Positions 7,206 through 15,041 of a stretch of DNA of 20,000 nt are shown here, piece after piece. The first letter of the stretch is position 1, and each line of letters opens with the position of its first letter. The notes below the pieces were generated by a model. The model saw only the letters and a list, made by a program, of their open reading frames with translations, was not told where the DNA came from and searched no databases. A program made the position numbers and the translations under genes. The DNA is from an uncultured virus (IMG/VR IMGVR_UViG_3300044617_000645) (taxonomy: Duplodnaviria > Heunggongvirae > Uroviricota > Caudoviricetes), in IMG/VR virus record IMGVR_UViG_3300044617_000645; one strand, written 5' to 3'.

Positions 7206-7429
7206 GATTTGAGTCCAAAATGTTCCCTTATAGCCTTGACGCTATTATTGATGGTATGCGATACCATACCTTGATCAAAGGTCGTATAAATGTGGTTAGT
7301 ATTTGTCTTAGACTCTACTGCTAGAATCGCTTCCTGTATGATCAAATCAGCAAACTCTTCAAGACGCACATGGCTTACACAATGTTCTACTTGCGCTTTT
7401 ACAGCAATCTCTTTAAGTCGTTCGTTCAT
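7202..7429 (-). CDS. Small 'MNER...FAxLI...HFG' family protein, copy 1
   Basis: MNERLKEIA...EEFADLIIQEA...IREHFGLKS; SD AAGGA. Confidence 0.85.
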   Translation of the reverse strand: MNERLKEIAVKAQVEHCVSHVRLEEFADLIIQEAILAVESKTNTNHIYTTFDQGMVSHTINNSVKAIREHFGLKS

Positions 7430-7551
7430 TCTTTTGGTTCCTTAATATAATCTTTTAATTTGAATTCTGTGAAATTAACAATCAATAAAAGAATATACAG
7501 GGCGAAAGGAAACAACATTCCAACCATCAATAATAATATGTCATATATCAC
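7426..7551 (-). CDS. Small single-pass membrane protein (41 aa), absent from the ORF track
   Basis: GTG start after AAGGA; MIYDILLLMVGMLFPFALYILLLIVNFTEFKLKDYIKEPKE*; ATGA overlap with the next gene. Confidence 0.7.
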   Translation of the reverse strand: MIYDILLLMVGMLFPFALYILLLIVNFTEFKLKDYIKEPKE

Positions 7552-7560
7552 ATTGATCCT

Positions 7561-8898
7561 TTATTTGTCATCACGGAATCTCACAAAGCGGGGAAATCGC
7601 AAACTATAAGTTCCGTCTTGATTTTGTGTAATCACATCACACAAGATTTCAACTGTGCGACCAATAACCAAACTACGGTTACCCCAAAGGCTATCTCTAT
7701 CACCATCAGTAAAGCCACTACCAACATTGACAGTAATAGTTTTCCCGTCGTCAACTCCGGAGCAAACAAGAGCCCCAAGTCGTCCCACATTTCTACCAGT
7801 ACCTTCTTCAAGATCAATTACCTCCAAGTCAACTGTGATAGTAGGCTTCCACTTCATCCAGAAAGTGTTGCGCTTGCACTCATAAGGACTATTGATGTCC
7901 TTGATCATGATGCCTTCGAACCCTGCGTTAACGTTATCCTTAGCATAACGCATCAACTGATCACGACCTTCGCCTGTATCAAGATCAACCATGATGTGCG
8001 GCAACAACTCTACGTTAGGCATAGTATCAATGACAGGACGCAACTTCTCAAGCAATTTTACACGCTTATGCAACTGTGCGTTCCAGTATCCACGCTCCCA
8101 GTCATCGATAGGAATGATATCAAAGATATTGAACACGCTATCATCAGCCTTGGCGTTGTCTTTGCGCCGTGCTTGTCGCATCAATTCTTGGAAACTGTTA
8201 CCGATAACTTCACCGTCAAGCCAGAAGCCATTGAATAGGCTACGATCACCTGAGGCACGGACTAATTTGAGATGATTATTTTGAATTTGTTGTTCGATAA
8301 TACTGAAGTTCTCAAAGATTTTACCATTGCGGCTATAGCAAGTAGTGACACATTCTCCTTGATCATTATGAACGACACGCATCAGTACACGCACACCGTC
8401 AAGTTTAGGCTCAAGACGCTTGAGTCCCTTCATCTCAGGACGACCCTCGCTATTCGTGGCCAACTGACAACCAAAGATAGGAATCTCGTACTCTGACTTC
8501 TTGACAACCTTGTTGAAAGTCTTATCGCTGATACCGCAACGCAAATCCTTGCGAATCACATTACGGCAGAAGTTATTCCATTCGTCAGTATCGAAACGCT
8601 TGCTCATCATATCTACGGCATCACGGGCACTATTGCCTGTGATATCACGGTTGCGCAATTTCAATAGCAAGTCTGTGAATTCTTCCCAAGGATTTTCCTG
8701 ATTGATCAGACCTTCAGTCTCTGGCACCTGGCGCAAGTGGAAATTGTCATAAGGATTATAAGCACTTTGCACATAACGCAAGAATCGAATGCTACTCTCG
8801 TTACCAAGCACAGCCATCTCATATGCCTGCTTGAGTACGTCTTCCTTGTGTAGACGGCTATCGCTCTCGTTTAGTTTGTGAATCCAGTATGCGCTCAT
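7561..8898 (-). CDS. lig: ATP-dependent DNA ligase (T4 gp30-like)
   Basis: Motif I EPKLDGVR, SRNGK, III LDGEV, IIIa FDII, IV EGIMIK, V WMKWK, OB-fold VGSGF and VI SLRFPRF. Start set at the ATG at 8898. Confidence 0.96.
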   Translation of the reverse strand: MSAYWIHKLNESDSRLHKEDVLKQAYEMAVLGNESSIRFLRYVQSAYNPYDNFHLRQVPETEGLINQENPWEEFTDLLLKLRNRDITGNSARDAVDMMSKRFDTDEWNNFCRNVIRKDLRCGISDKTFNKVVKKSEYEIPIFGCQLATNSEGRPEMKGLKRLEPKLDGVRVLMRVVHNDQGECVTTCYSRNGKIFENFSIIEQQIQNNHLKLVRASGDRSLFNGFWLDGEVIGNSFQELMRQARRKDNAKADDSVFNIFDIIPIDDWERGYWNAQLHKRVKLLEKLRPVIDTMPNVELLPHIMVDLDTGEGRDQLMRYAKDNVNAGFEGIMIKDINSPYECKRNTFWMKWKPTITVDLEVIDLEEGTGRNVGRLGALVCSGVDDGKTITVNVGSGFTDGDRDSLWGNRSLVIGRTVEILCDVITQNQDGTYSLRFPRFVRFRDDK

Positions 8899-8905
8899 GT
8901 ATTTC

Positions 8906-9412
8906 TCACTTAAAGGGCCATGCACTATTTGGGTCTAGTTTGGGCCGGGGTTCTAATTTGATATCTTCTTCAATGACTTCATTATACTCGTCCCCGTCAA
9001 CAATATCAACCTTGAACGGACCCGCAATCTCAATATAGTCTTCCTCTACCACCCAATCACTAAAATCATAAAGCCAGGCTGCTCCCGATCTTTCAAATTC
9101 ATCATCCGGATCTCCGTTACACCATAACTTTCCAATTTCTTCTTTTTCTTCTTCGGTAAAGTCATCATCAAATTCAAAATCAAGGCTAATCAAGTCGTCT
9201 AACTCTGATCCCCAACCTATACCTGGATCACAGATAATCCAGTTATCTTCAAGATAAACAGGTTCGTCAAGTTCGCGGAATCCCTGTCCCCAACGATATA
9301 GTTCACGTACTACGAAACCTCGGGTGTTACCCTCACTATCAGTTTTGTAAACATCATACACGGCATAGATAGATTTCTTATCTGTGGGCATGATGCGATA
9401 TAATTTAGCCAT
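8906..9412 (-). CDS. Acidic hypothetical protein (168 aa)
   Basis: Long ORF with SD AAGGA; about one quarter Asp/Glu; ends in AWPFK. Confidence 0.85.
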   Translation of the reverse strand: MAKLYRIMPTDKKSIYAVYDVYKTDSEGNTRGFVVRELYRWGQGFRELDEPVYLEDNWIICDPGIGWGSELDDLISLDFEFDDDFTEEEKEEIGKLWCNGDPDDEFERSGAAWLYDFSDWVVEEDYIEIAGPFKVDIVDGDEYNEVIEEDIKLEPRPKLDPNSAWPFK

Positions 9413-9413
9413 A

Positions 9414-9626
9414 TTAATCTTTCTTATTAATTGCGTTGGTCACACTACCAAACGTCACCATAGTTAACCAAGCCATAGCCAACCATGTCCAAAAAGTATA
9501 ATCGATACCTAGATTGAACAATGTGTTTAGTGACCAAATCGTTACCAGTGGGGCAAATATTAAAAGTGCTATAATTAGCAAAATTAAAACAGTGAAAGTT
9601 ATAGGTGTGAGATTTAATTTACGCAT
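9414..9626 (-). CDS. Small two-TM membrane protein
   Basis: Two hydrophobic segments (ITFTVLILLIIALLIFAPLVTIWSLNTLF; FWTWLAMAWLTMV). The ATG at 9626 lies 6 nt after a TATAAT. Confidence 0.8.
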   Translation of the reverse strand: MRKLNLTPITFTVLILLIIALLIFAPLVTIWSLNTLFNLGIDYTFWTWLAMAWLTMVTFGSVTNAINKKD

Positions 9627-9632
9627 GATACT

Positions 9633-9661
9633 ATTATACACTTACCAACTAGAATTGTAAA
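9633..9661 (-). promoter_or_regulatory. sigma70-type promoter, probably yielding a leaderless mRNA
   Basis: TTTACA-N17-TATAAT-agtatc-ATG. Confidence 0.65.
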
Positions 9662-10001
9662 ATACTTTACGACCCAAAAACAGTTCTGCTTTTGCGTTAA
9701 CGCAAAATTCTAGGTCATGATCACGATAGTGTTCATCGCTAGGATTACCGAAAAAGAATCCAGTTGTACCTAGTTTGGACACTTGACCTGACTTGATATC
9801 TTGCTCAAGTTTATGAACATCGTCCCATGTCAGTTCTACTTCAACACCGTTGAATGTGTCGCACACTCCACCCTTCTCAGCAAAGAGTTTTTCCATCCAG
9901 CCTTGCAAGTTGGGATGCTTGCGCCAGTAACTGATCTCTTGATGGTTGTTCCAATCCTCGCCTGCCTTGCTAGCGACATATGCGTATGCATCAAGTCCCA
10001 T
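9642..10001 (-). CDS. Conserved phage hypothetical protein (MGLD...YWRK...YxSSW type)
   Basis: MGLDAYAY, EISYWRKHPNLQGWME, GFFFG and VFYNSSW; SD GAGGA. Confidence 0.88.
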   Translation of the reverse strand: MGLDAYAYVASKAGEDWNNHQEISYWRKHPNLQGWMEKLFAEKGGVCDTFNGVEVELTWDDVHKLEQDIKSGQVSKLGTTGFFFGNPSDEHYRDHDLEFCVNAKAELFLGRKVFYNSSW

Positions 10002-10200
10002 TTTTAATCCTCTCTAAGATAGGTTGCACTAAATCTACCGAATCCACATTATCATAATATGCGGCTAACATCATGTTGTAAACTACTACCGCATCTTTAC
10101 CATATGTGCCTATGATTTCTTTTACTTCACTAGTATTCTTGGCTTTCCACAACAAATCAGCGATATGATGTTGTACCTTGTTTGCTAATTGCAATTCCAT
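9991..10200 (-). CDS. Hypothetical protein (69 aa)
   Basis: SD AAGGA, ATG start, overlaps the downstream gene start. Confidence 0.8.
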   Translation of the reverse strand: MELQLANKVQHHIADLLWKAKNTSEVKEIIGTYGKDAVVVYNMMLAAYYDNVDSVDLVQPILERIKNGT

Positions 10201-10209
10201 GATATTCCT

Positions 10210-10320
10210 TTATACAAAAGATTTTACAGTATCTACGAACTTTTGTAAAGACTCAGCGATACGATACATCCCAATTTCACCGATGATGATACCCACAATC
10301 ACGCCTATAAAAAATCTCAT
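10210..10320 (-). CDS. Small membrane protein (36 aa), absent from the ORF track
   Basis: MRFFIGVIVGIIIGEIGMYRIAESLQKFVDTVKSFV*; ATGA overlap with the upstream stop; GxxxG-type hydrophobic N-terminus. Confidence 0.75.
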   Translation of the reverse strand: MRFFIGVIVGIIIGEIGMYRIAESLQKFVDTVKSFV

Positions 10321-10976
10321 ATGACCTGCACCCTATTCAATTGTGTTTGGTTATTGTCCTGACGTTTCACTGTACCCTTGATAGATAACTTACTACCATA
10401 GTTTAGATCCTGCTTGTAACTGAAAAAGATCGATTGATCCTTATCGGTGATAGCAGTCACAAAGTACACGCCCCACTTCTGACTATAGATGCACTTCAAG
10501 ACCTCGATGTTGGCTGTGACACGATCCAACACTTTACCTAGATATCCGCCTTGTGCAAACTTAGCACGATTCTCACCTAAGTCACGTTGCACGCCTTTAA
10601 GATATGACGCAGGGAGACTGCTGGCTACTGCTATTTCATAGTTACCAACTATCTCTTCTTTCTCGACCAACTTCATAGCATTGCGGTCGAACTCACTCAT
10701 ATAACCACCGCCAAGAATCTTGAACGTCTTACCTTGATACCAGGCTTTGAGGCTAGCAGCCATGTCGTTGTCTTCTTTAGTGATAGTGCTAGGATCGGCA
10801 ATGAATTCCATGACCAACTGACGATTAGACTTGCGAGGATCCCCTTTGGTATCCTGTGTATTACCAATCTCGTATGCCACCTTGACATACATACCATTGA
10901 CACGTTGCGCGGCACATGCCGCCGACAACACAAGCATAGTAGGATACATTGCCTCAACCTTTTTAACTTTAGGCAT
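10317..10976 (-). CDS. Hypothetical protein with probable C-terminal OB-fold
   Basis: C-terminal beta-rich pattern YLGKVLDRVTANIEV...GVYFVTAITDKDQSIFF...IKGTVK...QTQLNRV. Start set at the ATG at 10976. Confidence 0.75.
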   Translation of the reverse strand: MPKVKKVEAMYPTMLVLSAACAAQRVNGMYVKVAYEIGNTQDTKGDPRKSNRQLVMEFIADPSTITKEDNDMAASLKAWYQGKTFKILGGGYMSEFDRNAMKLVEKEEIVGNYEIAVASSLPASYLKGVQRDLGENRAKFAQGGYLGKVLDRVTANIEVLKCIYSQKWGVYFVTAITDKDQSIFFSYKQDLNYGSKLSIKGTVKRQDNNQTQLNRVQVI

Positions 10977-11445
10977 TTTCTTCTTCTGCTTCTTTAGCAA
11001 AAGCCTCAGTCAACAAAATGTAGTCATCACCATGATCGGACACATACCAATTACCATCAGTACGCAGTATGTAATCATATTCCTCGGCTTGACCATTAGC
11101 CTTGAAATCTGCAAAGTCCTTGAAGTAACGTGCATAGACATTGTGTTCGCTACGGTCACGACCATAGAAGGTAGTCATGTTGCCGTACAATTCCTCAAAC
11201 TTACCATCCTTGCTCATTGGGCTGTCAGAGGGTAAGTCCAACACGCTAAAGGGATGCTTGGTTCCGATTGTAGGACGCAAACTTGAGACATCACCTAAGT
11301 CAATCAGGTCACGCAAGATGAAGGGATTTGAATAATTCTCAAACAGGATCTTACCGTTGTGAGACAAGTAACCGTCCCAGTGACAATACACTTGACCAAT
11401 AGTACCATCTGCAAATTCAAGAGAGATTGTAGAACGTGTAGCCAT
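10969..11445 (-). CDS. Conserved phage early protein (MATRS...YCHWDGY type)
   Basis: MATRSTI, QVYCHWDGYLSHNGKIL, LIDLGDVSSL, FYGRDR and EEYDY; own consensus promoter and SD. Confidence 0.9.
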   Translation of the reverse strand: MATRSTISLEFADGTIGQVYCHWDGYLSHNGKILFENYSNPFILRDLIDLGDVSSLRPTIGTKHPFSVLDLPSDSPMSKDGKFEELYGNMTTFYGRDRSEHNVYARYFKDFADFKANGQAEEYDYILRTDGNWYVSDHGDDYILLTEAFAKEAEEENA

Positions 11446-11479
11446 TTCGTGAGTCCTTTAATTAACTGTTTAAGATTCT

Positions 11480-11508
11480 ATTATATACCCAAACCGATTT
11501 ATTGTCAA
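11480..11508 (-). promoter_or_regulatory. Perfect-consensus sigma70 early promoter (cassette A)
   Basis: TTGACA-ataaatcggtttgggta(17)-TATAAT. Confidence 0.9.
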
Positions 11509-11512
11509 CCTT

Positions 11513-11743
11513 TTAGCCTACTTCAGCACCACAGAAAACTACTTCATATACTGCTTCCCGTACAGCGGTATCCATTGCTTCACCAAACTTGGGGTAGTCA
11601 GAATCGGCCAATGCCCGCAAAGCACTCTCGGTTTGGTCCCAAGTCAGTTTCAAAGTTTTAGCAGTAATCGCAATACCGTGAACTGCCAAGTTACCTTCGG
11701 TACTGAACATTTCGTAAGAGATATCGTATGTCAATGTAGCCAT
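11513..11743 (-). CDS. Small phage early hypothetical protein (76 aa)
   Basis: YEMFSTEGNLAVHGI...FGEAMDTAVREAVY; own promoter and SD AAGGA. Confidence 0.87.
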   Translation of the reverse strand: MATLTYDISYEMFSTEGNLAVHGIAITAKTLKLTWDQTESALRALADSDYPKFGEAMDTAVREAVYEVVFCGAEVG

Positions 11744-11776
11744 TTGTGAGTCCTTTTCTTTACTGTCTAAGATTCT

Positions 11777-11805
11777 ATTATATGCCCAAACTGACCCAAA
11801 GTCAA
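11777..11805 (-). promoter_or_regulatory. sigma70 early promoter (cassette B)
   Basis: TTGACT-ttgggtcagtttgggca(17)-TATAAT. Confidence 0.88.
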
Positions 11806-11834
11806 GCCTTTTATGCCATTATTTTTAGGATATT

Positions 11835-11859
11835 TTGTTGTTTAAAAACAACAACTTAC
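11835..11859. promoter_or_regulatory. Palindromic operator-like site TGTTG-N8-CAACA overlapping CAACAACTTAC
   Basis: TTGTTGTTT-AA-AAACAACAA is a perfect inverted repeat; a related site lies at 13358-13375. Confidence 0.5.
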
Positions 11860-12056
11860 GCTTCCTTAGGGTTCACGGTAAATTCCAGTCTGGCCAGTCT
11901 ACCTACGTAGAGTTTCCGTTTCTCATCTAGGGTCATTTCCAGTACCTGATTGGTCGGAAAACGCACCCAAATCTTGTTGGTTTCCATGTCAACTATGGGG
12001 CAATTCACTCCCTTGCCCCCTTCGCTACGGACAGTAATGTTCTCACCCTTACGCAT
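11856..12056 (-). CDS. Hypothetical protein (66 aa)
   Basis: ATG at 12056 after AAAGGAA, overlapping the upstream gene end. Confidence 0.8.
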   Translation of the reverse strand: MRKGENITVRSEGGKGVNCPIVDMETNKIWVRFPTNQVLEMTLDEKRKLYVGRLARLEFTVNPKEA

Positions 12057-12231
12057 GTTCCTTTTCCTTTTTTCCGGCAATAGTCAACAATGCGGCAATG
12101 CTAGCCTCGAGGTCACCGGTCATTGTGTAAAGATCCTCGCTACTAAGGTTTTCGTTTTCTAGTGCGATCATGTAACCAAGAGTACTAAGAACATCGCTAA
12201 CCTGAGTCAGAGTAAGATTTTTATTAGCCAT
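12049..12231 (-). CDS. Hypothetical protein (60 aa)
   Basis: Strong SD AAGGAG before the ATG. Confidence 0.82.
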   Translation of the reverse strand: MANKNLTLTQVSDVLSTLGYMIALENENLSSEDLYTMTGDLEASIAALLTIAGKKEKEHA

Positions 12232-12243
12232 TTTGTGTCTCCT

Positions 12244-13017
12244 TTATTTAAGTTCAATACTAGCAACTTTCAATCTAGCAAAAATGTCATCACCAAACTT
12301 CCATCCTTCGGGCATACTTGTCTGCATGTCCAATTCATTATCAAGTTTAACAGCCTCTTCGTTAGTAATCAAGACAATAGCCAAATTGTTTTTAATCATT
12401 TGGGCAATCTCAGTAACAGGACATTTTTCCATAGTCATCGTTACCGCTTGATTATAAATCATGATACAAGGAACGATATGCTCACGATAAGTATTTTCCT
12501 TAGTACGGTTTACACTCTCGCCGATAGTGATAAGATGGTCAATGCTATCACTCTCAAGTAATGACCTCGCATTCTCTAGACCAAATCCATCTTCGTTGTC
12601 AATCAAAAATCTAAAACGTTTGGCAATCTTTTCAAAGATGTTACGCTCACTAACCTCACGTGGTATAGGCTTGATTGCCTGTCCACGAACCTTTCTTACG
12701 ATTGTTTCAATAGATTCGATGATACTAACAAGTATCCAAAAATTTTCAAGGATATCACCGTCAAAATTGATAGTGATACATTTCTCATTATCCTTTCGTG
12801 CCTTTTCAGAAAATCCCTGCTCCAGCATACGCTTTCGCATTTCGGCAATATCTTCTGATCGTGCTAACCAACCAAAGGTATAATGCTTCTTCTTGATTTC
12901 ACATTTGACACCGTTGTTGGTATAGAGTACGCAATTATTTTGCTCCTCGTATACACGTTCAGTGTAGCCACGCTCCTCACATGAGGACTTGAATATATTG
13001 AAACTAATAGCAGCCAT
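12244..13017 (-). CDS. Two-domain protein with C-terminal His-Me finger (HNH-like) nuclease-type domain
   Basis: YREHIVPC...IVLITNEEAVKLD...SMPEGW...FARL: EH(I/V)VP active-site-like motif followed by a beta-beta-alpha-like arrangement. Confidence 0.6.
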   Translation of the reverse strand: MAAISFNIFKSSCEERGYTERVYEEQNNCVLYTNNGVKCEIKKKHYTFGWLARSEDIAEMRKRMLEQGFSEKARKDNEKCITINFDGDILENFWILVSIIESIETIVRKVRGQAIKPIPREVSERNIFEKIAKRFRFLIDNEDGFGLENARSLLESDSIDHLITIGESVNRTKENTYREHIVPCIMIYNQAVTMTMEKCPVTEIAQMIKNNLAIVLITNEEAVKLDNELDMQTSMPEGWKFGDDIFARLKVASIELK

Positions 13018-13021
13018 TATA

Positions 13022-13291
13022 TTAGTTCATGAGGTAAGTGCTGATGATCCACTTAGCACGATTGATCGCCTGACGGCCGTCTTCGGCTCGCATACTATCA
13101 ACTTCACCGTATTCGGTGTTGATCATTTCCTGCGCATCGCTGAGGATGCTCATTGCCATCATAGCAGGGCCACTGAAACGAAACGTGAGACTGTCCTCGA
13201 CCGCTTCACGCATCTGGGTCTCAGTGCAACCAAACATGCGAACTTGGCGTTTTTCTTGCTCGGTCAAACCACTGTAAATTGCTGTTGTCAT
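13022..13291 (-). CDS. Phage early hypothetical protein (89 aa)
   Basis: SD GGAG and own promoter; RMFGC...SILSDAQE...RQAINRAKW. Confidence 0.87.
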   Translation of the reverse strand: MTTAIYSGLTEQEKRQVRMFGCTETQMREAVEDSLTFRFSGPAMMAMSILSDAQEMINTEYGEVDSMRAEDGRQAINRAKWIISTYLMN

Positions 13292-13320
13292 CTCTATCTC
13301 CGTTCGTTCAGTATGTATAT

Positions 13321-13349
13321 ATTATGAACCCAATTAGCCCAAATGTCAA
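13321..13349 (-). promoter_or_regulatory. sigma70 early promoter (cassette C)
   Basis: TTGACA-tttgggctaattgggtt(17)-CATAAT; shares the TTGGG spacer repeats with cassettes A and B. Confidence 0.85.
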
Positions 13350-13357
13350 GCCTTTTT

Positions 13358-13402
13358 TGTTGTTTTTTTGCTACAAAAAACCTATATAAATCAACGACTT
13401 AC
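13358..13402. promoter_or_regulatory. Second operator-like site TGTTG-N8-CTACA plus CAACGACTTAC
   Basis: Same two motifs as 11835-11859, again upstream of a -35 box. Confidence 0.5.
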
Positions 13403-13414
13403 AAGAGCGGGATT

Positions 13415-14980
13415 TTACTGTACGGTTTTCACACCCTTGTAAAACTTGATAGCACCTTTTAACGACTTGTTATTCAACACGTTGTCCGGATACACAATGA
13501 TATCCATGATGCCGTCACCATCAAAGTCTGCCATTTCGGACATATGCTTATCAACATCATGCAATACAAACTTAGACAGATCGCCGATATCTAACTTTTT
13601 GAAAGTAGAGTCTTTCTGGTTGATATAGATACGACTGATCTCATTAGTCTTTCCTGGACCCACACTCATGACAAGATCATCATAACCATCTTTGTTGACA
13701 TCGATGCATTGCAGTCTGCCACCAGTGAGATTAGTTTCCCCGGGTATGTTTAGAGCAGTTCTAATAAGTTCCTTACCTTTGATCGTGTATGCAGTTAGTT
13801 CGACATCAAAATTAAGATTTTCAAACTTTAATTCCGTACCGGAAGCATATAACGTTTTTAATGTGGGCATGTATGTGACACCTACAGAGAAGGGCTCACT
13901 ATTACCCATTCTAACCGTGCAAAGATTTTCAACTCCGCCCATAGTACCGGCAAGTACATGCTTACCTTTATACTCATAGACATCAACTGGTTTTCTATCT
14001 CCGGCGTAATTGATTATAGATTGACCAGACGCTATTAATTTCATCTCAGGGTTCACATGATTAGTAGGGAACCATGAACCATTCTCCATATAGTAACCTT
14101 CTACACCATAATGTCCTCGAAAGAATGTTTGCTGTACCATCCTGTTCGATGATTTGTTATCAGTAGAATAGAAATTAAAAGTCACAGGACTGATGCCGGG
14201 AAGTATACCATCGTGTACAGTATGTAAACTCACTCCATTCCACATATATTTGTGATTCTGTCTATAGACTCCTAGATCGCTGGGGAAGCCGGCAGCGGTG
14301 ACGAATTGTTTTCCATAATAGTCAACACCGTGACCTATGCTACCATAGTACTTACCTTCACCAGTCCTGTGCATCTTATACTTTTTGTTAGGTTGACTTA
14401 CGTAAGCCACTACATAACCTGTGACTAACGAACCAGCATCGTTGCTCCTACCATCAGACTGATTAGTAGAGTAAAAGATATCTTTTAATCCGTCACCGTT
14501 GATATCAAGTATAGAATAAATGAATCCAGAACACGATTGGCTATCTCTGGTTCCCTCGATATACTTTTCGCTAGCGTCAACAAACTTGCCTTCACTATTC
14601 AATTCATAGATAACTGTCAAACTTTTGCAGGGCTCTGCTACATAACTACGCCATAATAGATCAGAACCTTTGCCCTTGTGAAAGGTCATGAGAAATTCAA
14701 GTTTACCGTCATTGTTGAGATCGACTGCTATGCTACCTGCCACCTTAGCGGGATAATTTTTACCCGAAAGATCAAGCGGCGCGCTAGCGTGTGCAGGATC
14801 AAAAAACCAGTACGTCAATGTAGGATCGGGGAAAGCACCTGCTACTTCTTGAAAGTAGTCTTTGGATACTACTGCGGCCTGAGTGACCGGGGCATTATTA
14901 GTAGTCGGGGCAGGATTACTTCCACCGCCACCGCATGCAGTAAGAATGATACTGCTAACAACATAAGCAACCTTGCGCAT
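13415..14980 (-). CDS. Lipoprotein with FG-GAP/VCBS-like Ca-binding repeats (probable beta-propeller)
   Basis: Lipobox ILTA-CGGGG; four DxxxDG repeats (DLNNDGKLE, DINGDGLKD, DVNKDGYDD, DFDGDGIMD). Confidence 0.85.
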   Translation of the reverse strand: MRKVAYVVSSIILTACGGGGSNPAPTTNNAPVTQAAVVSKDYFQEVAGAFPDPTLTYWFFDPAHASAPLDLSGKNYPAKVAGSIAVDLNNDGKLEFLMTFHKGKGSDLLWRSYVAEPCKSLTVIYELNSEGKFVDASEKYIEGTRDSQSCSGFIYSILDINGDGLKDIFYSTNQSDGRSNDAGSLVTGYVVAYVSQPNKKYKMHRTGEGKYYGSIGHGVDYYGKQFVTAAGFPSDLGVYRQNHKYMWNGVSLHTVHDGILPGISPVTFNFYSTDNKSSNRMVQQTFFRGHYGVEGYYMENGSWFPTNHVNPEMKLIASGQSIINYAGDRKPVDVYEYKGKHVLAGTMGGVENLCTVRMGNSEPFSVGVTYMPTLKTLYASGTELKFENLNFDVELTAYTIKGKELIRTALNIPGETNLTGGRLQCIDVNKDGYDDLVMSVGPGKTNEISRIYINQKDSTFKKLDIGDLSKFVLHDVDKHMSEMADFDGDGIMDIIVYPDNVLNNKSLKGAIKFYKGVKTVQ

Positions 14981-15012
14981 AATCGATATCCATAGTTACA
15001 ACAGATATGACT

Positions 15013-15041
15013 ATGTTAACAGATTACATGTAAAAGGTCAA
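15013..15041 (-). promoter_or_regulatory. sigma70-type promoter for the FG-GAP lipoprotein
   Basis: TTGACC-N17-TAACAT, with TG just upstream of the -10 (extended -10). Confidence 0.65.

Larger units (their letters stand above)
11437..11812 (-). repeat. Two near-identical ~75 bp promoter-leader-RBS-start cassettes (11437-11512 and 11735-11812)
   Basis: Both read GTTTGGGyATATAATAGAATCTTArACAGT...AAAGGACTCAC(G)AAATGGCTACA. Confidence 0.85.

Noticed and set aside
11437..11812. CRISPR array or att sites
   Set aside because: There are only two long repeats, separated by a gene and explained as promoter-RBS cassettes. No regular spacers, cas genes or integrase are present.
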